Source: Candidatus Omnitrophota bacterium
Lineage (GTDB): Bacteria; Omnitrophota; Gorgyraeia; Zapsychrales; JANLHA01
Length of the DNA stretch: 64,000 nucleotides
Direction of reading: 5' to 3'
Assembly: GCA_040753435.1 (NCBI GenBank)
Contig: JBFMEN010000067.1
Span: 2,441-66,440 of the forward strand
Position numbers and translations under genes: made by a program. Shown piece after piece: positions 21,218 to 31,078 of this stretch. How positions within the stretch are numbered: the stretch's first letter is position 1; every line of letters starts with the position of its first letter. The notes below the pieces were generated by a model. The model searched no databases, was not told the DNA's origin, and saw only the letters and a list, made by a program, of their open reading frames with translations.

Positions 21218-21391
21218 TATGATGACACCGTTATTGAATTGAACCGCTCGGCCTGGAATATGATCAACGTCGAAAAAAAGATGCAAATCGTGCCGCAAGC
21301 CACACATCTTTTTGAAGAACCGGGAAAGTTTGACGAAGCCCCCAATCTCGCTTCGGACTGGTTCAGCCGTCATTTTGAAGGAGAACAATAA
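21218..21391 (+). pseudogene. C-terminal remnant of a dienelactone-hydrolase-like alpha/beta hydrolase
   Basis: Manual translation YDDTVIELNRSAWNMINVEKKMQIVPQATHLFEEPGKFDEAPNLASDWFSRHF matches the ATHLFEEPG tail of PRT-associated hydrolases; N-terminal part absent. Confidence 0.7.
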
Positions 21392-21395
21392 AATC

Positions 21396-22076
21396 ATGCA
21401 TGCATACGGAATAACCGACAGGGGACTGATCAGGGAAAACAATGAAGATTTTTACGCCATGGATGACGACTTGGGTATTTATATTGTGGCTGACGGTTTG
21501 GGCGGGGCTGAGTTTGGTGAAGTCGCCAGCCGTCTGGCGGTTGAAGCCCTGATGAAATATTTTAGAGCCGCTGATCGGACAAAATCATCTGATGCCGGCA
21601 AATTAATCGATGGGGCGGTTGAAAACGCTCATCAGGTGGTCCGGAGCGGATCCAGGGGAAGTGACATGGGCACAACTATCGTTCTTGCCCTTGAACAATC
21701 TCCTTTTTTCTGGATTGCCAACGTCGGAGATTCCAGAGGATATTTGTTGCGGGATGGCCAACTGGAGCTGATAACCAAAGATCATACAAATGTAGCCGGT
21801 AATTACGGAGCGGCACAACAATCCCAACGGGCGCTTTACCAGGCCCTGGGGATGAGCCTGAGTGAAGGATGCTTCAAAACCCGGATTGAAGTCAGGAAAC
21901 AGGATTTGATTCTTCTTTGCAGCGACAGTCTTTGGGATATGGTTTCGGATGAAGACATCAAAAGTATCCTGATAACGGCGAAAGGCATTGAACCCGCTTG
22001 TCAAATGCTTGTTGAGACTGCCAAACAGGCCGGAGGCTATGATAACATCACATTAATTGCGATAAAAATCGAATAA
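21396..22076 (+). CDS. PP2C/PPM-family Ser/Thr phosphatase
   Basis: TDRGLIRENNED, VADGLGG, MGTT, NVGDSRGY, LLCSDSL, GGYDNIT; AAGGAG RBS before MHAYG. Confidence 0.9.
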   Translation: MHAYGITDRGLIRENNEDFYAMDDDLGIYIVADGLGGAEFGEVASRLAVEALMKYFRAADRTKSSDAGKLIDGAVENAHQVVRSGSRGSDMGTTIVLALEQSPFFWIANVGDSRGYLLRDGQLELITKDHTNVAGNYGAAQQSQRALYQALGMSLSEGCFKTRIEVRKQDLILLCSDSLWDMVSDEDIKSILITAKGIEPACQMLVETAKQAGGYDNITLIAIKIE

Positions 22077-22090
22077 ACCAATCTTCACGT

Positions 22091-22157
22091 CTTTCGCCCA
22101 TAAAAATCGATCTGGTCATATTACGGAATCGCTTGCAAATACGCAAGCGCTCCCGGA
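22091..22157 (+). pseudogene. Frameshifted fragment homologous to the Asp-box propeller gene at 29752-30906
   Basis: Aligns with 30167-30234, including an 18-nt identity CAAATACGCAAGCGCTCC; IWSYYGIACKYASAPG vs IWTYGGIAFKYASAPDG. Confidence 0.65.
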
Positions 22158-22270
22158 AACCAGGCAATCTTGTTTTTTCCGCTCCGGCGTCTGTTTTTAT
22201 TGTTCGCCCTTGTTTTTCCTCCTTTATAAGATATACTTATAAAAATTTTTCTTCCAATATCCTTTTTAAT

Positions 22271-25200
22271 ATGAATTCCAAAAAGAAAAAGCTTCAAACT
22301 GTTTCCAGAAGGCTTGCCTGGGGCATCCTTGTGCCGTTCGTTTTTTCGTGTGTCTGCCCGGCCGCCAGTTCAAAGGTTTACGCGCAATCAATACCTCCGG
22401 CCGCACTGCCTGCGGTTACCGGCCTGCCTGAACCGGGTCGAATGGTGACGACCAGTCCTGCGTATCATCCCGCGGTCATTAAAGGAATCAAACTTTTCCC
22501 GGACAATCCGCTGAAATTCGACTTTTTCATCGATACTGGTGATTCCAATTTAAAACACAACGCCCTGAAGCAAGAAACATCAAAACTCGTAAAATATTTC
22601 CTCGCCTCATTAACAGTGCCGGAAGAGGACATGTGGGTGAATTTGTCCCCGTATGAAAAAGACCGCATCATTCCTGCCGGGTTTGGTAAGACAGAAATGG
22701 GACGGGATTTGTTGGCGCAGGATTATATCCTGAAACAAATCACGGCCTCACTCATGTATCCCGAAGATGAATTGGGAAAAAACTTTTGGGATACTGTCCG
22801 CCGAAGGGCACGGGAGGAATACGGGGTCACCGAAATCCCGGTTGAGACATTTAACAAGGTGTGGATTGTTCCGGAAAAAGCGATTGTGTATGAAAGCGGT
22901 GACGTGGTCTTGGTGGCCGAAAGCCGGCTGAAGGTGATGCTCGATAGCGATTACGAAGCGATGCAGCAGAAGGGTGCCCAGGAGCCAAAGAGCCCAGGTT
23001 CCCAAGTAAAAGATTTTACTTGGGCACATGGGAACGTGGGCTCATGGGAACTTGATTCCGGTGAACTTTCAAAAGAAGTAATAAGAGAAGTCATTCTTCC
23101 CCAAATCGAAAAAGAAGTAAATGAAGGAAAAAATTTCGCGCCGCTGCGCCAGATTTATGACGCGATGATCCTGGCGACATGGTTTAAGCGTAACCTGAAA
23201 GAGGGATTGCTGGGGAATGTTTATGTCGATCAGAATAAAGTCAACGGGATCAACCTTCATGATGAGGCCATTAATCAAAAAATATACGCGCAATACCTCG
23301 AGGCCTTTAAGAGGGGCGTTTATAACTATATTAAAGAAGATTACGATGCGGATACGCAGACCGTGATCCCCCGCAAATATTTCTCGGGCGGGGTTGTCCT
23401 TGGCCCCGGAGAGGCCTATGGCGAGACTTCCACTTCCGCACGTGTCATCCCAGACGGGGCCATGATCACGACAACGGTTGAGCTCAACCCGCAAGTCTCT
23501 AAACAAGCAGCGAACGTTGTTCCGCAGACGCCCGAAGAATGGATGGCACAGACGTGGATGAAGAGTTTTAAAGACCGTTTTCCGAAAACGGGGTTTTTGA
23601 AAAGCCTGGAAGAATTTATCCGATTTAGCCTCGACGAACCTTTTGTTTTTGATGTTATTCAAGAACTCAACACGTTACCAAACGAAGCGGTTCTTGAAAA
23701 CGTCGTCCGGCGAATCCGAAACAAGGAAAACAGAAAAGATTTGCCCGAGTCCGGGGCGACGGTCAGAGGATCTTTTTTTGCGATCACAATGGGATCGATC
23801 CAAACTGATCCGGCTCAGATGCTTCGAGGCCTTGGCGGGATCACTACTAAAAAAGGCTTACAGAATTATTTAGAAATACTCGGTGAAGATCAAACGAAAG
23901 AAGCAATCACGCGCTATTATCTCATATTGCGCGCCTGGCAGATTGTTTATCAAAACGGAGATATGGTCTTTAAAAAAGAGGATGCTCAAGAGGGCAGTGA
24001 ATTATTGAACATATTTTTGAAGAAAGAGCTTCTTTATGAAATGGGCGGCAACCGCATGTATGACATGTCTTCCGATTACGCCGAACGCCTGATGTCTTTT
24101 TCCACGATGCTGCTTGAGCAATTACTCGGTCGGGATCCACGGGTGAAAGATTTTAAGTTAAATCAGAAAGAACTGATCGACGCCCTAAGCAAACAAGAAA
24201 ACGCCGCGATCCGCGAATCGATCGAGAATTATTTAAGATTTCTTGAAGTGCTGATGAAAAAGGCCCCAGAGTCATGGGGCAGGGCGTTGACGCAACAAAT
24301 CCCGGAAGAGAATAAAGATGCAGCCAAATACCGTTCTCAACTGGTGTATTTAGCAGGCGCCGTAGATTCTTTTTATCCATCCAGAATGCGGGAAAGAGAA
24401 GAGATGAACAGTTTTGTCCATGATCTCGGCAACTTTCTACATAGAAATATTGGTGATTTTTACCGGTTGTCACGATTGCTATCAAAAGGCGGTGTGGCCA
24501 CTGAAGTTTTTGATGAGGCTGACAGTTTATCCGAAAGTATTGGAGAAGAATTTCATAAGATGATTTTTACCATTCGGGAGGGGCTTCCTTTTCAAGATGT
24601 GAAGCAAAAAGTTGTTGGTGATTTTATCAGAGAATCACTGCCCCTGGTCGAACGGCTGGAATTGATTTTTAATGACGCTCCCGACAGCTTTTTGATCTTG
24701 AGAAAACGCATTCATTTAACACGGGAGTATTTGGAACTGGGGTTAAACGCAACCCGAATCGAACATTACGCCTTATCTGATGTAATTCAGGACATGGTCG
24801 ATGTCTTCGCGTCTTCGGGCATTCATGTTAAAACCGACATCGCCGAAGATATCCCGCGTCTTTACGGATACCGCTGGAAGATGACACGGGTGATGCAAAA
24901 TTTAATCGTTAATGCCATCGACGCCATGCCTGAAGGCGGAGACATCACCATCACTGCCCGCATGAAAGACTTCGAGGACGTTGAAATCAAGGTTGCTGAT
25001 ACCGGAGAGGGAATCCAGGAAGACCAACTGCCGCATATTTTTGATCCCTATTATACGACGAAAGGGAGCAAAGGAACCGGATTGGGACTCGCGATTGTAA
25101 AGAAATTTGTTGAACATAACGACGGGACGATCTCCGTCGAAAGCGAAGCCGGCAAAGGAACAGTTTTTACGATCACTCTTCCCAAAACCATTCGAACGGA

Positions 25201-28200
25201 TTTCACCACTTCCGTGGAGAAAGCGGATTCCCCGGCCAAAGACGGCGCGATGATGACGACAGCGGCTGGGGTGGACACCCCGCAATGGATCCATGATTTT
25301 CTGCCGCTGGGACGCCAGGACGCGCCGCGCCGTTTGACGGTTCAACAGGCACGGGAATTGTTGAGGCATTATATGTTGTCCATTCAGCGCAATCATGAGG
25401 AATTGATTCAGCTGGCTGATGAAGTACAGCAAGCCGTGGCGGCGCGCCAAAGCAAAACAGTTCTCAAAGATAAACTCAAAGAAACACTGGAAAAATTCGA
25501 TGAGTTTCATGACATCTTGCAGGATGTCTATAATCTGGAGCCTCTGGTTGGCTTTCTGGATGAAGAGGCCATGACGCGAACGGTGAAAAATTTTGCCGGA
25601 CATCTTCAAGAGGTGCTGGGTGTTGACAAGGTCGCGGTTCGTTTCGGACTTCAGACCTTCTTCACATCAAGTGTTGGGTTTTCCGAGTCGGAGCTGTTAT
25701 CCCTGGGACAGCGGATGGACGATATTCTTGACGATAAAAACCAGGGGAAAGAGTTTAATCTGCCGGGTGTTGAAGGACGATTTTTAACACGACATGAGTT
25801 TAGCGAGAGTTGGGGACAAAAAGTTCTTGTCATTGTTGAACGGGATAAAAACAAAGACCCTTTTACGGATCAGGATATCCGTAGTTTCCATCATGAAATT
25901 AAAGATAATATGAAAAAATTGGAGGCTGTGTTTCAACAGCTGGAAGATCTCGGTTATCAGGATTTCAGCATGTTTATGGGCTCAATTCGGCATAACAGCA
26001 GTATCGGACAGAGAAAAAATCTATGGGCAAGTTCACGATTGGTGAACGAGCGTCTACTAGCGGAGGAAGATGAAACATCTCAGGAAGAGTTTAATCGAAT
26101 AATTATGTTCTTTTCCGGGGAATTAAAAAAAGATTTTGAGGAATATACTATCGTTGGCAGCAGTTTTATCAGGATTTTAGAAAGTGGGACTGTATTTAAA
26201 AATCGCGTCGATGTGGCGCGAATTCTTCAACAACGTCTTGACCTTTATCGTCAAAAGGTCGAGGATCGCGGGTTAACATGGAAAGTTTCTGTTCCTGCAG
26301 AACCATTGATGGCCGACCACATTGATCAGGCCTATCTGGAACTGGTGGTTGACAACCTGATCGATAACGCGGTGAAGTATACAGAGAAAGGTTTTATTGA
26401 ACTTCGCATGAGAAAAGGAAAATACACGAGTGATTTTAGGTCGAGATTAAAAAACAAAGAGATGATTCTGATTGAAGTCGCGGATTCGGGTATTGGGATT
26501 CCGGCGGAAGAAAAATTTTTAGTGACCAGGGCAGGATTCAGGGGCGCGAATGTTGGAGAGGTTAAAGGAACCGGGTTCGGGCTGAATTTTGCAAGCAATG
26601 CCGTGGCCGCGATGCGTGGAGATCATCAAATTATTAGTGAAGCAGGCAAAGGAACAACAATCCGCATCGCCTTGCATCCGTCTAAGGATGGGGGCAACTC
26701 CTCCGCCGCACACATTAACAAAGACAGCGCGATGCTTTCGACGAAGGCTGGAAGTTTTAAGCATTTGGCAAAGGAAGGACGGAAAAGGCTGTGTTCAATT
26801 TTACGAAACCCGGCAGATTTTGATTGGGAAAGCAACAAGGGCCTGTTGCCATCATTAAAAGGCTTGCCGTTGGGGAATACAAGGAAAAGGGGAAACATTA
26901 CATTGTGCCCTTATCCGGGATATGTTTTTCAGTTTTCGATACTTGGCTTTCACGAGGCGGGGTGGCGAGTGCTTGTTATTGATGACGGGGTGAGGAATGG
27001 AATATATGAATTTACCGTTGAGTTAACCAAAGAAGCTCGTGATCCTGTTCAAAGGACATTTCAAGTTGGTCGATATACCAGAACAGCCAATGGAATTGGC
27101 AGTAATAAAGGAAGCTCAAAGGAAATCCTTGATGTGGACAGTCGTCTGGGGCTTCGCGCGTTGACCGGGCTTGTGACGATGAATAAGGATACCGATTGGG
27201 ACAAGCAGGCAAACGACCTTCCCGACTTAACCGGTTATCAACTGGGTGTGACAAATGCGAATGCGATGCTCTCTTTTTCTCCCTATCCGTATTATCTTTA
27301 TCCCTGGCCGGCTTTAGGATTTTACGAGGAGGGATGGAACGCAGTTATTGCAAACAGCGGCGTTAATCATGGATGGTATGAGTTTACTGTTAAATTTACC
27401 AAAGATGGACGCGCCCCGTTTTATAAAACTTTTCAGATTGGCCCGGAAATAAAAAAATTGAATAGGGTGGGAAAGGATTCGTGGCATTTTCCTAAAAAAG
27501 ATGTTTTGGAAATTAACGATCGGGCAGGATTAAAGGTTATCATTGATTTAATAAATAAGGGAAAAAATTTTGACTGGACAGGAGCAACAAACTTGCCGAA
27601 ACTTGCAGGATTGCGCCTGGGTGAGCTTGACAGTGAAGGAAAACTCATTTTTTCTCCCCAGACATGGTATCGCTATACCTGGAGTGTTTTGGGATTTTAC
27701 GAAGATGGATGGGAAGGTGTTGTTGTTGAAGGCGGGGTTAAGGGCGATGTGTATGAATTTAAAGTTGAGCTGACGAAGGAAGGGCGGCCGCCTCTTAACC
27801 GTGTTTTTCAAATAGGACCTTATACAAGGAAGTTGAAGCATATTCGTGATCCGCAAAATACCCTTGAGGTGCTTGATATTAATGCCCGCGCCGGATTAAA
27901 GTCATTGGCAACATTGGTCACAATGCCAAAGGGATACGACTGGGTATTGAATGCAGAGAAACTACCGAAATTGAAAGGGTTGCTTTTTGGAAAAACAACT
28001 GTTGATGGCATTTTATTCTTTTGCCCCTTTCCCCACTATTTTTATCAGTGGCGTTTAGGATTGAAGGGAGAATGGAATGCACGGGTTACAGATGTCGCTG
28101 CTATGAATAATGTTTATGAGTTTATTGTAGAACTAACGAAAGGGAATAAAAAATTCTTGAGGACTTTTCAAATTGGTGATGCTGCAAGAATGCTGCGAAA

Positions 28201-29554
28201 TGTTGCTAATGGCAGCGAAAAAATTAAAGAAGTCCTGGCAATCAGTGAAAGTCTGGGCGCGCAGGTGATGAAGAAGTTCGTTATGTTACCGCCGGATTTT
28301 GACTGGACGGCTAACGCGAAAGCGTTACCGGATTTGAGCGGTCTTTATTTGGGGTCGACTGATCTGCACGGGGTTATTCGTTTTGCCCTGAGCGATAACT
28401 ATTATTATTATTGGCCTGTTTTAGGATTCAGCGAAAAAGGCTGGAAGGCGATGATAAAAGCCACTTGGGTTCAAGACGGCGTTTTTAACATTGTTGTCGA
28501 ACTAACGAAAGAAGGACGCGAACCGGTTTTAAGGGTGTTTCAAATGGGTGCATTCACCAAGATCATCAGGGGGCAGGGCGCAGAGTTAGGCAAAAAAATG
28601 GTGGCGCTGGATATCAATCCTCGTCTGGGTTTGAGGGCAATTAATGATTTTATCTTAAGTGACAAAAATTTTGACTGGCAGAAGAACGCGAAAAGTCTTC
28701 CCAGTGTTAAAGGCCTAAGAGTTGGGACAACCAACAAACTCGGGAATATTGTTTTTGCCCCGGTTAAATATACTCCTTACTACTGGCCGGTATTAGGATT
28801 CTGTGAAGAAGGATGGGAAGTCGTTATTGTCGATGGCGGTGTGGTCGATGGCGTTTATGAATTTACTGTTAAATTAAGCAAGGCAGAACGGGAGCCGATA
28901 ACCCGGACTTTTCGAATTGGGAAGTATACAAAACATATACGAAAACAAACGACTGATGGAAGGAATCTTGCGAAAAAGGAGGTTATGGCGATTCTGGATG
29001 CGGAAGTAATTGAAGGATTTTTTAGAAAACAAGAAGTAATACCTGTCCGGCAGAAATATAGAGATGAAAATCGTCTGGAGTTTAGGGAGGTTCAAGGATC
29101 TATTGAAGATCTGGTTGCGCGAAAGCAGATCTTTGCGACGATTGGGGGTATTATCAACGGAATGGATGAAGATGAAAAAGAGATCGCTTCCTGGATCATG
29201 GAAGGGGCTTATGATGAGGCGATCCAGGAGGAAACTGGATATTCTGCGGAAAAAATTCAGACGGTACGTCAGACGTTACAAAAAGGTCTTTTAAAATTTT
29301 ACCAGGACTATCTGGACCGCGGGTTGGCAGAAGACGGGGGGGTATCAAAGAAAGGGGAAGATGGGGTTGGAGGAATTGATTTGAACCCCAACCGGTTTGA
29401 TCTGCAAATGCAGGGGCCGGGTATGGACGTTGATCTGCCGGCCAGTATGCCCATGTTTGAAAACATGACGATTGACGGCTTCATTCCGGTCATTATCAAC
29501 ATCACCCCAACGTCAGATTTATCGTTTCTGTCCGTAGAAAACAGTGAGCCGTAA
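22271..29554 (+). CDS. Giant secreted modular protein 1: conserved N-domain, two histidine-kinase-like modules, six ~123-aa repeats, sigma-4-like HTH, GGIDL tail
   Basis: Signal peptide ending VYA-Q; N-domain WVNLSPYEKDRI..FG.TEMGRDLLAQDY.LKQ; HATPase boxes NLIVNAIDAM/DTGEGI/GTGLGL and NLIDNAVKYT/DSGIGI/GTGFGL; ATG 22271 chosen over TTG 22133. Confidence 0.85.
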   Translation: MNSKKKKLQTVSRRLAWGILVPFVFSCVCPAASSKVYAQSIPPAALPAVTGLPEPGRMVTTSPAYHPAVIKGIKLFPDNPLKFDFFIDTGDSNLKHNALKQETSKLVKYFLASLTVPEEDMWVNLSPYEKDRIIPAGFGKTEMGRDLLAQDYILKQITASLMYPEDELGKNFWDTVRRRAREEYGVTEIPVETFNKVWIVPEKAIVYESGDVVLVAESRLKVMLDSDYEAMQQKGAQEPKSPGSQVKDFTWAHGNVGSWELDSGELSKEVIREVILPQIEKEVNEGKNFAPLRQIYDAMILATWFKRNLKEGLLGNVYVDQNKVNGINLHDEAINQKIYAQYLEAFKRGVYNYIKEDYDADTQTVIPRKYFSGGVVLGPGEAYGETSTSARVIPDGAMITTTVELNPQVSKQAANVVPQTPEEWMAQTWMKSFKDRFPKTGFLKSLEEFIRFSLDEPFVFDVIQELNTLPNEAVLENVVRRIRNKENRKDLPESGATVRGSFFAITMGSIQTDPAQMLRGLGGITTKKGLQNYLEILGEDQTKEAITRYYLILRAWQIVYQNGDMVFKKEDAQEGSELLNIFLKKELLYEMGGNRMYDMSSDYAERLMSFSTMLLEQLLGRDPRVKDFKLNQKELIDALSKQENAAIRESIENYLRFLEVLMKKAPESWGRALTQQIPEENKDAAKYRSQLVYLAGAVDSFYPSRMREREEMNSFVHDLGNFLHRNIGDFYRLSRLLSKGGVATEVFDEADSLSESIGEEFHKMIFTIREGLPFQDVKQKVVGDFIRESLPLVERLELIFNDAPDSFLILRKRIHLTREYLELGLNATRIEHYALSDVIQDMVDVFASSGIHVKTDIAEDIPRLYGYRWKMTRVMQNLIVNAIDAMPEGGDITITARMKDFEDVEIKVADTGEGIQEDQLPHIFDPYYTTKGSKGTGLGLAIVKKFVEHNDGTISVESEAGKGTVFTITLPKTIRTDFTTSVEKADSPAKDGAMMTTAAGVDTPQWIHDFLPLGRQDAPRRLTVQQARELLRHYMLSIQRNHEELIQLADEVQQAVAARQSKTVLKDKLKETLEKFDEFHDILQDVYNLEPLVGFLDEEAMTRTVKNFAGHLQEVLGVDKVAVRFGLQTFFTSSVGFSESELLSLGQRMDDILDDKNQGKEFNLPGVEGRFLTRHEFSESWGQKVLVIVERDKNKDPFTDQDIRSFHHEIKDNMKKLEAVFQQLEDLGYQDFSMFMGSIRHNSSIGQRKNLWASSRLVNERLLAEEDETSQEEFNRIIMFFSGELKKDFEEYTIVGSSFIRILESGTVFKNRVDVARILQQRLDLYRQKVEDRGLTWKVSVPAEPLMADHIDQAYLELVVDNLIDNAVKYTEKGFIELRMRKGKYTSDFRSRLKNKEMILIEVADSGIGIPAEEKFLVTRAGFRGANVGEVKGTGFGLNFASNAVAAMRGDHQIISEAGKGTTIRIALHPSKDGGNSSAAHINKDSAMLSTKAGSFKHLAKEGRKRLCSILRNPADFDWESNKGLLPSLKGLPLGNTRKRGNITLCPYPGYVFQFSILGFHEAGWRVLVIDDGVRNGIYEFTVELTKEARDPVQRTFQVGRYTRTANGIGSNKGSSKEILDVDSRLGLRALTGLVTMNKDTDWDKQANDLPDLTGYQLGVTNANAMLSFSPYPYYLYPWPALGFYEEGWNAVIANSGVNHGWYEFTVKFTKDGRAPFYKTFQIGPEIKKLNRVGKDSWHFPKKDVLEINDRAGLKVIIDLINKGKNFDWTGATNLPKLAGLRLGELDSEGKLIFSPQTWYRYTWSVLGFYEDGWEGVVVEGGVKGDVYEFKVELTKEGRPPLNRVFQIGPYTRKLKHIRDPQNTLEVLDINARAGLKSLATLVTMPKGYDWVLNAEKLPKLKGLLFGKTTVDGILFFCPFPHYFYQWRLGLKGEWNARVTDVAAMNNVYEFIVELTKGNKKFLRTFQIGDAARMLRNVANGSEKIKEVLAISESLGAQVMKKFVMLPPDFDWTANAKALPDLSGLYLGSTDLHGVIRFALSDNYYYYWPVLGFSEKGWKAMIKATWVQDGVFNIVVELTKEGREPVLRVFQMGAFTKIIRGQGAELGKKMVALDINPRLGLRAINDFILSDKNFDWQKNAKSLPSVKGLRVGTTNKLGNIVFAPVKYTPYYWPVLGFCEEGWEVVIVDGGVVDGVYEFTVKLSKAEREPITRTFRIGKYTKHIRKQTTDGRNLAKKEVMAILDAEVIEGFFRKQEVIPVRQKYRDENRLEFREVQGSIEDLVARKQIFATIGGIINGMDEDEKEIASWIMEGAYDEAIQEETGYSAEKIQTVRQTLQKGLLKFYQDYLDRGLAEDGGVSKKGEDGVGGIDLNPNRFDLQMQGPGMDVDLPASMPMFENMTIDGFIPVIINITPTSDLSFLSVENSEP
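22974..23051. repeat. 78-bp in-frame palindromic element (4 x 8-mer, central hairpin, 4 x inverted 8-mer)
   Basis: GTGCCCAG GAGCCAAA GAGCCCAG GTTCCCAA GTAAAAGATTTTAC TTGGGCAC ATGGGAAC GTGGGCTC ATGGGAAC. Confidence 0.8.
26816..29020 (+). repeat. Six tandem 121-126-aa protein repeats within giant protein 1
   Basis: Units start at 26816, 27188, 27566, 27932, 28295 and 28667; consensus DW...LP.L.GL.LG.T...G...F.P...Y.W..LGF.E.GW...G...YEF.V.LTK..R.P..R.FQIG. Confidence 0.9.
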
Positions 29555-29751
29555 GAACGCTTTTTTACCGGTCATTTCAATCAAACGGTAAAAATTTTCA
29601 GATAATTTCTTTTGACATGATTTTTTTAATAACTCGTGAAGGGTCCCTGTTATTTTGGTCGCGACAGTCTGAGTTACATAAACCGCTGTTAATTTATACT
29701 TAATTCTGGTTATACAACGATAAGTTTTAATACTTGCCGGAGAAAAGCCGA

Positions 29752-30906
29752 ATGAAGAAAAATCTCGCCGTTTTGATCTTCTTTTTTTCAATTATTGCAT
29801 GTGCGGGGCTTTCGGTGTCTTTCGCGGACGATGTCCCCGTTTATGAAAGAATAGCGATCATCGGGGAAAAGGGGGCAAACGGGATATTCGATCCATCGAT
29901 CGTTTATCAAAAGGATGGGACAGGCTGGATGGTTTATTCTTCCGTGAATTTTTTCCTCATTGAAACTAATTTGGCTGTGACAAACGATGGGGGGAAGACC
30001 TGGAGATTTGTGGCAACGATTAATAAAGCCGTCAAGGACAGCGTCAAGTACCGGGGATGGAAAGTGAAAGGATTTTGGGTCCATGAAACTCCAAGCCTGG
30101 TTTATGATCCGGAAGACACTGGCAGGGAGTGGAAACTTTTCTGGCATAAATATTTTTATAAAGCGCCTTTCGGACCGAAAAATCATATCTGGACATACGG
30201 CGGGATCGCCTTCAAATACGCAAGCGCTCCGGACGGCCCATGGTCGGAAGAAATTCTCCTGCCTATGCGGGATTACCAGAAATTCTATGACAAAAAAGTA
30301 CCTGTTATGAGTGATATCGATTCATCTTTGAGGCATTTTAGCCTTTTTTATGAAGTCGGAGCTGTGAGTGAAGAAGGGATTATTTACCTCAGTCTGGACG
30401 CAAGCGTTACGGAAACCGGACTTGGAATGTGGGACAAAAGAAAAGTTATCCTGCTGTCATCGCAGGACCACGGAAAATCGTGGAATTTTGTGAATGAGCT
30501 AACGACCTCCGCGGATGCGGTGGAGCTGGGATATCTGGCTTTTTCCGCCTCAAGCATCGTTAAAGAAAAAGGCCGTCTGTTTCTGCTCGTTTCACCTGTC
30601 GGTTCGCTCAAGGGGAGAAATAAAGGGCATGACGGGGCGTATGTATTTGAGTTTGAAGATATTTCCCGCGGACTTTTGAAGAGAGACGCCCAGAAAGGGT
30701 TGATCGCACATAAATTCATACCGCTTGGATTAACAAAGGATGAACCGGATGATAATTACGAATCAACATCAGGCGGCCCGAGCGGTTATGACGAAAATAA
30801 TAGTTATGGCGGGGTTGTCTTTTCTCAAATAAATCCAAGATGGGGGTCCAGGGCGTTCCGTTTATACAATACGCAAATTAAAATCGTCGATCAAGCCGGC
30901 AGATAA
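29752..30906 (+). CDS. Secreted Asp-box (BNR) beta-propeller, sialidase/glycoside-hydrolase-like
   Basis: Signal peptide (SFA-D); FDPSIV; Asp-boxes TNDGGKTW and SQDHGKSW; HETPSLVYDP. Confidence 0.7.
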   Translation: MKKNLAVLIFFFSIIACAGLSVSFADDVPVYERIAIIGEKGANGIFDPSIVYQKDGTGWMVYSSVNFFLIETNLAVTNDGGKTWRFVATINKAVKDSVKYRGWKVKGFWVHETPSLVYDPEDTGREWKLFWHKYFYKAPFGPKNHIWTYGGIAFKYASAPDGPWSEEILLPMRDYQKFYDKKVPVMSDIDSSLRHFSLFYEVGAVSEEGIIYLSLDASVTETGLGMWDKRKVILLSSQDHGKSWNFVNELTTSADAVELGYLAFSASSIVKEKGRLFLLVSPVGSLKGRNKGHDGAYVFEFEDISRGLLKRDAQKGLIAHKFIPLGLTKDEPDDNYESTSGGPSGYDENNSYGGVVFSQINPRWGSRAFRLYNTQIKIVDQAGR

Positions 30907-30974
30907 TTTTTATTCTGCGCGGAACAGTTTTGAGTTCCACAGCCAGCGCGCCGGCGGTCTTTTTCTCTCCAATC

Positions 30975-31019
30975 TTTTTACCGCGTTTCCCTGGCAGATT
31001 TAATAAAATATGTTATATT
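30975..31019 (+). promoter_or_regulatory. Sigma70-type promoter within a 45-bp repeat (copy 1), upstream of giant gene 2
   Basis: CTGGCA-N17-TATATT with extended TGn -10; identical to 36178-36222. Confidence 0.65.
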
Positions 31020-31078
31020 CACTCTGATTTCTATATTTATGGAATTCCGGATTCCGGAACTCAAAAGAGGAGAGTTAA

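Noticed and set aside
22133-22270. TTG-start extension of giant protein 1
   Set aside because: It overlaps the propeller-gene relic; the signal peptide begins at ATG 22271
29752-30906. Propeller gene as an immunity protein for giant protein 1
   Set aside because: It has its own signal peptide and a glycosidase-like fold, so it could not neutralise cytoplasm-acting cargo
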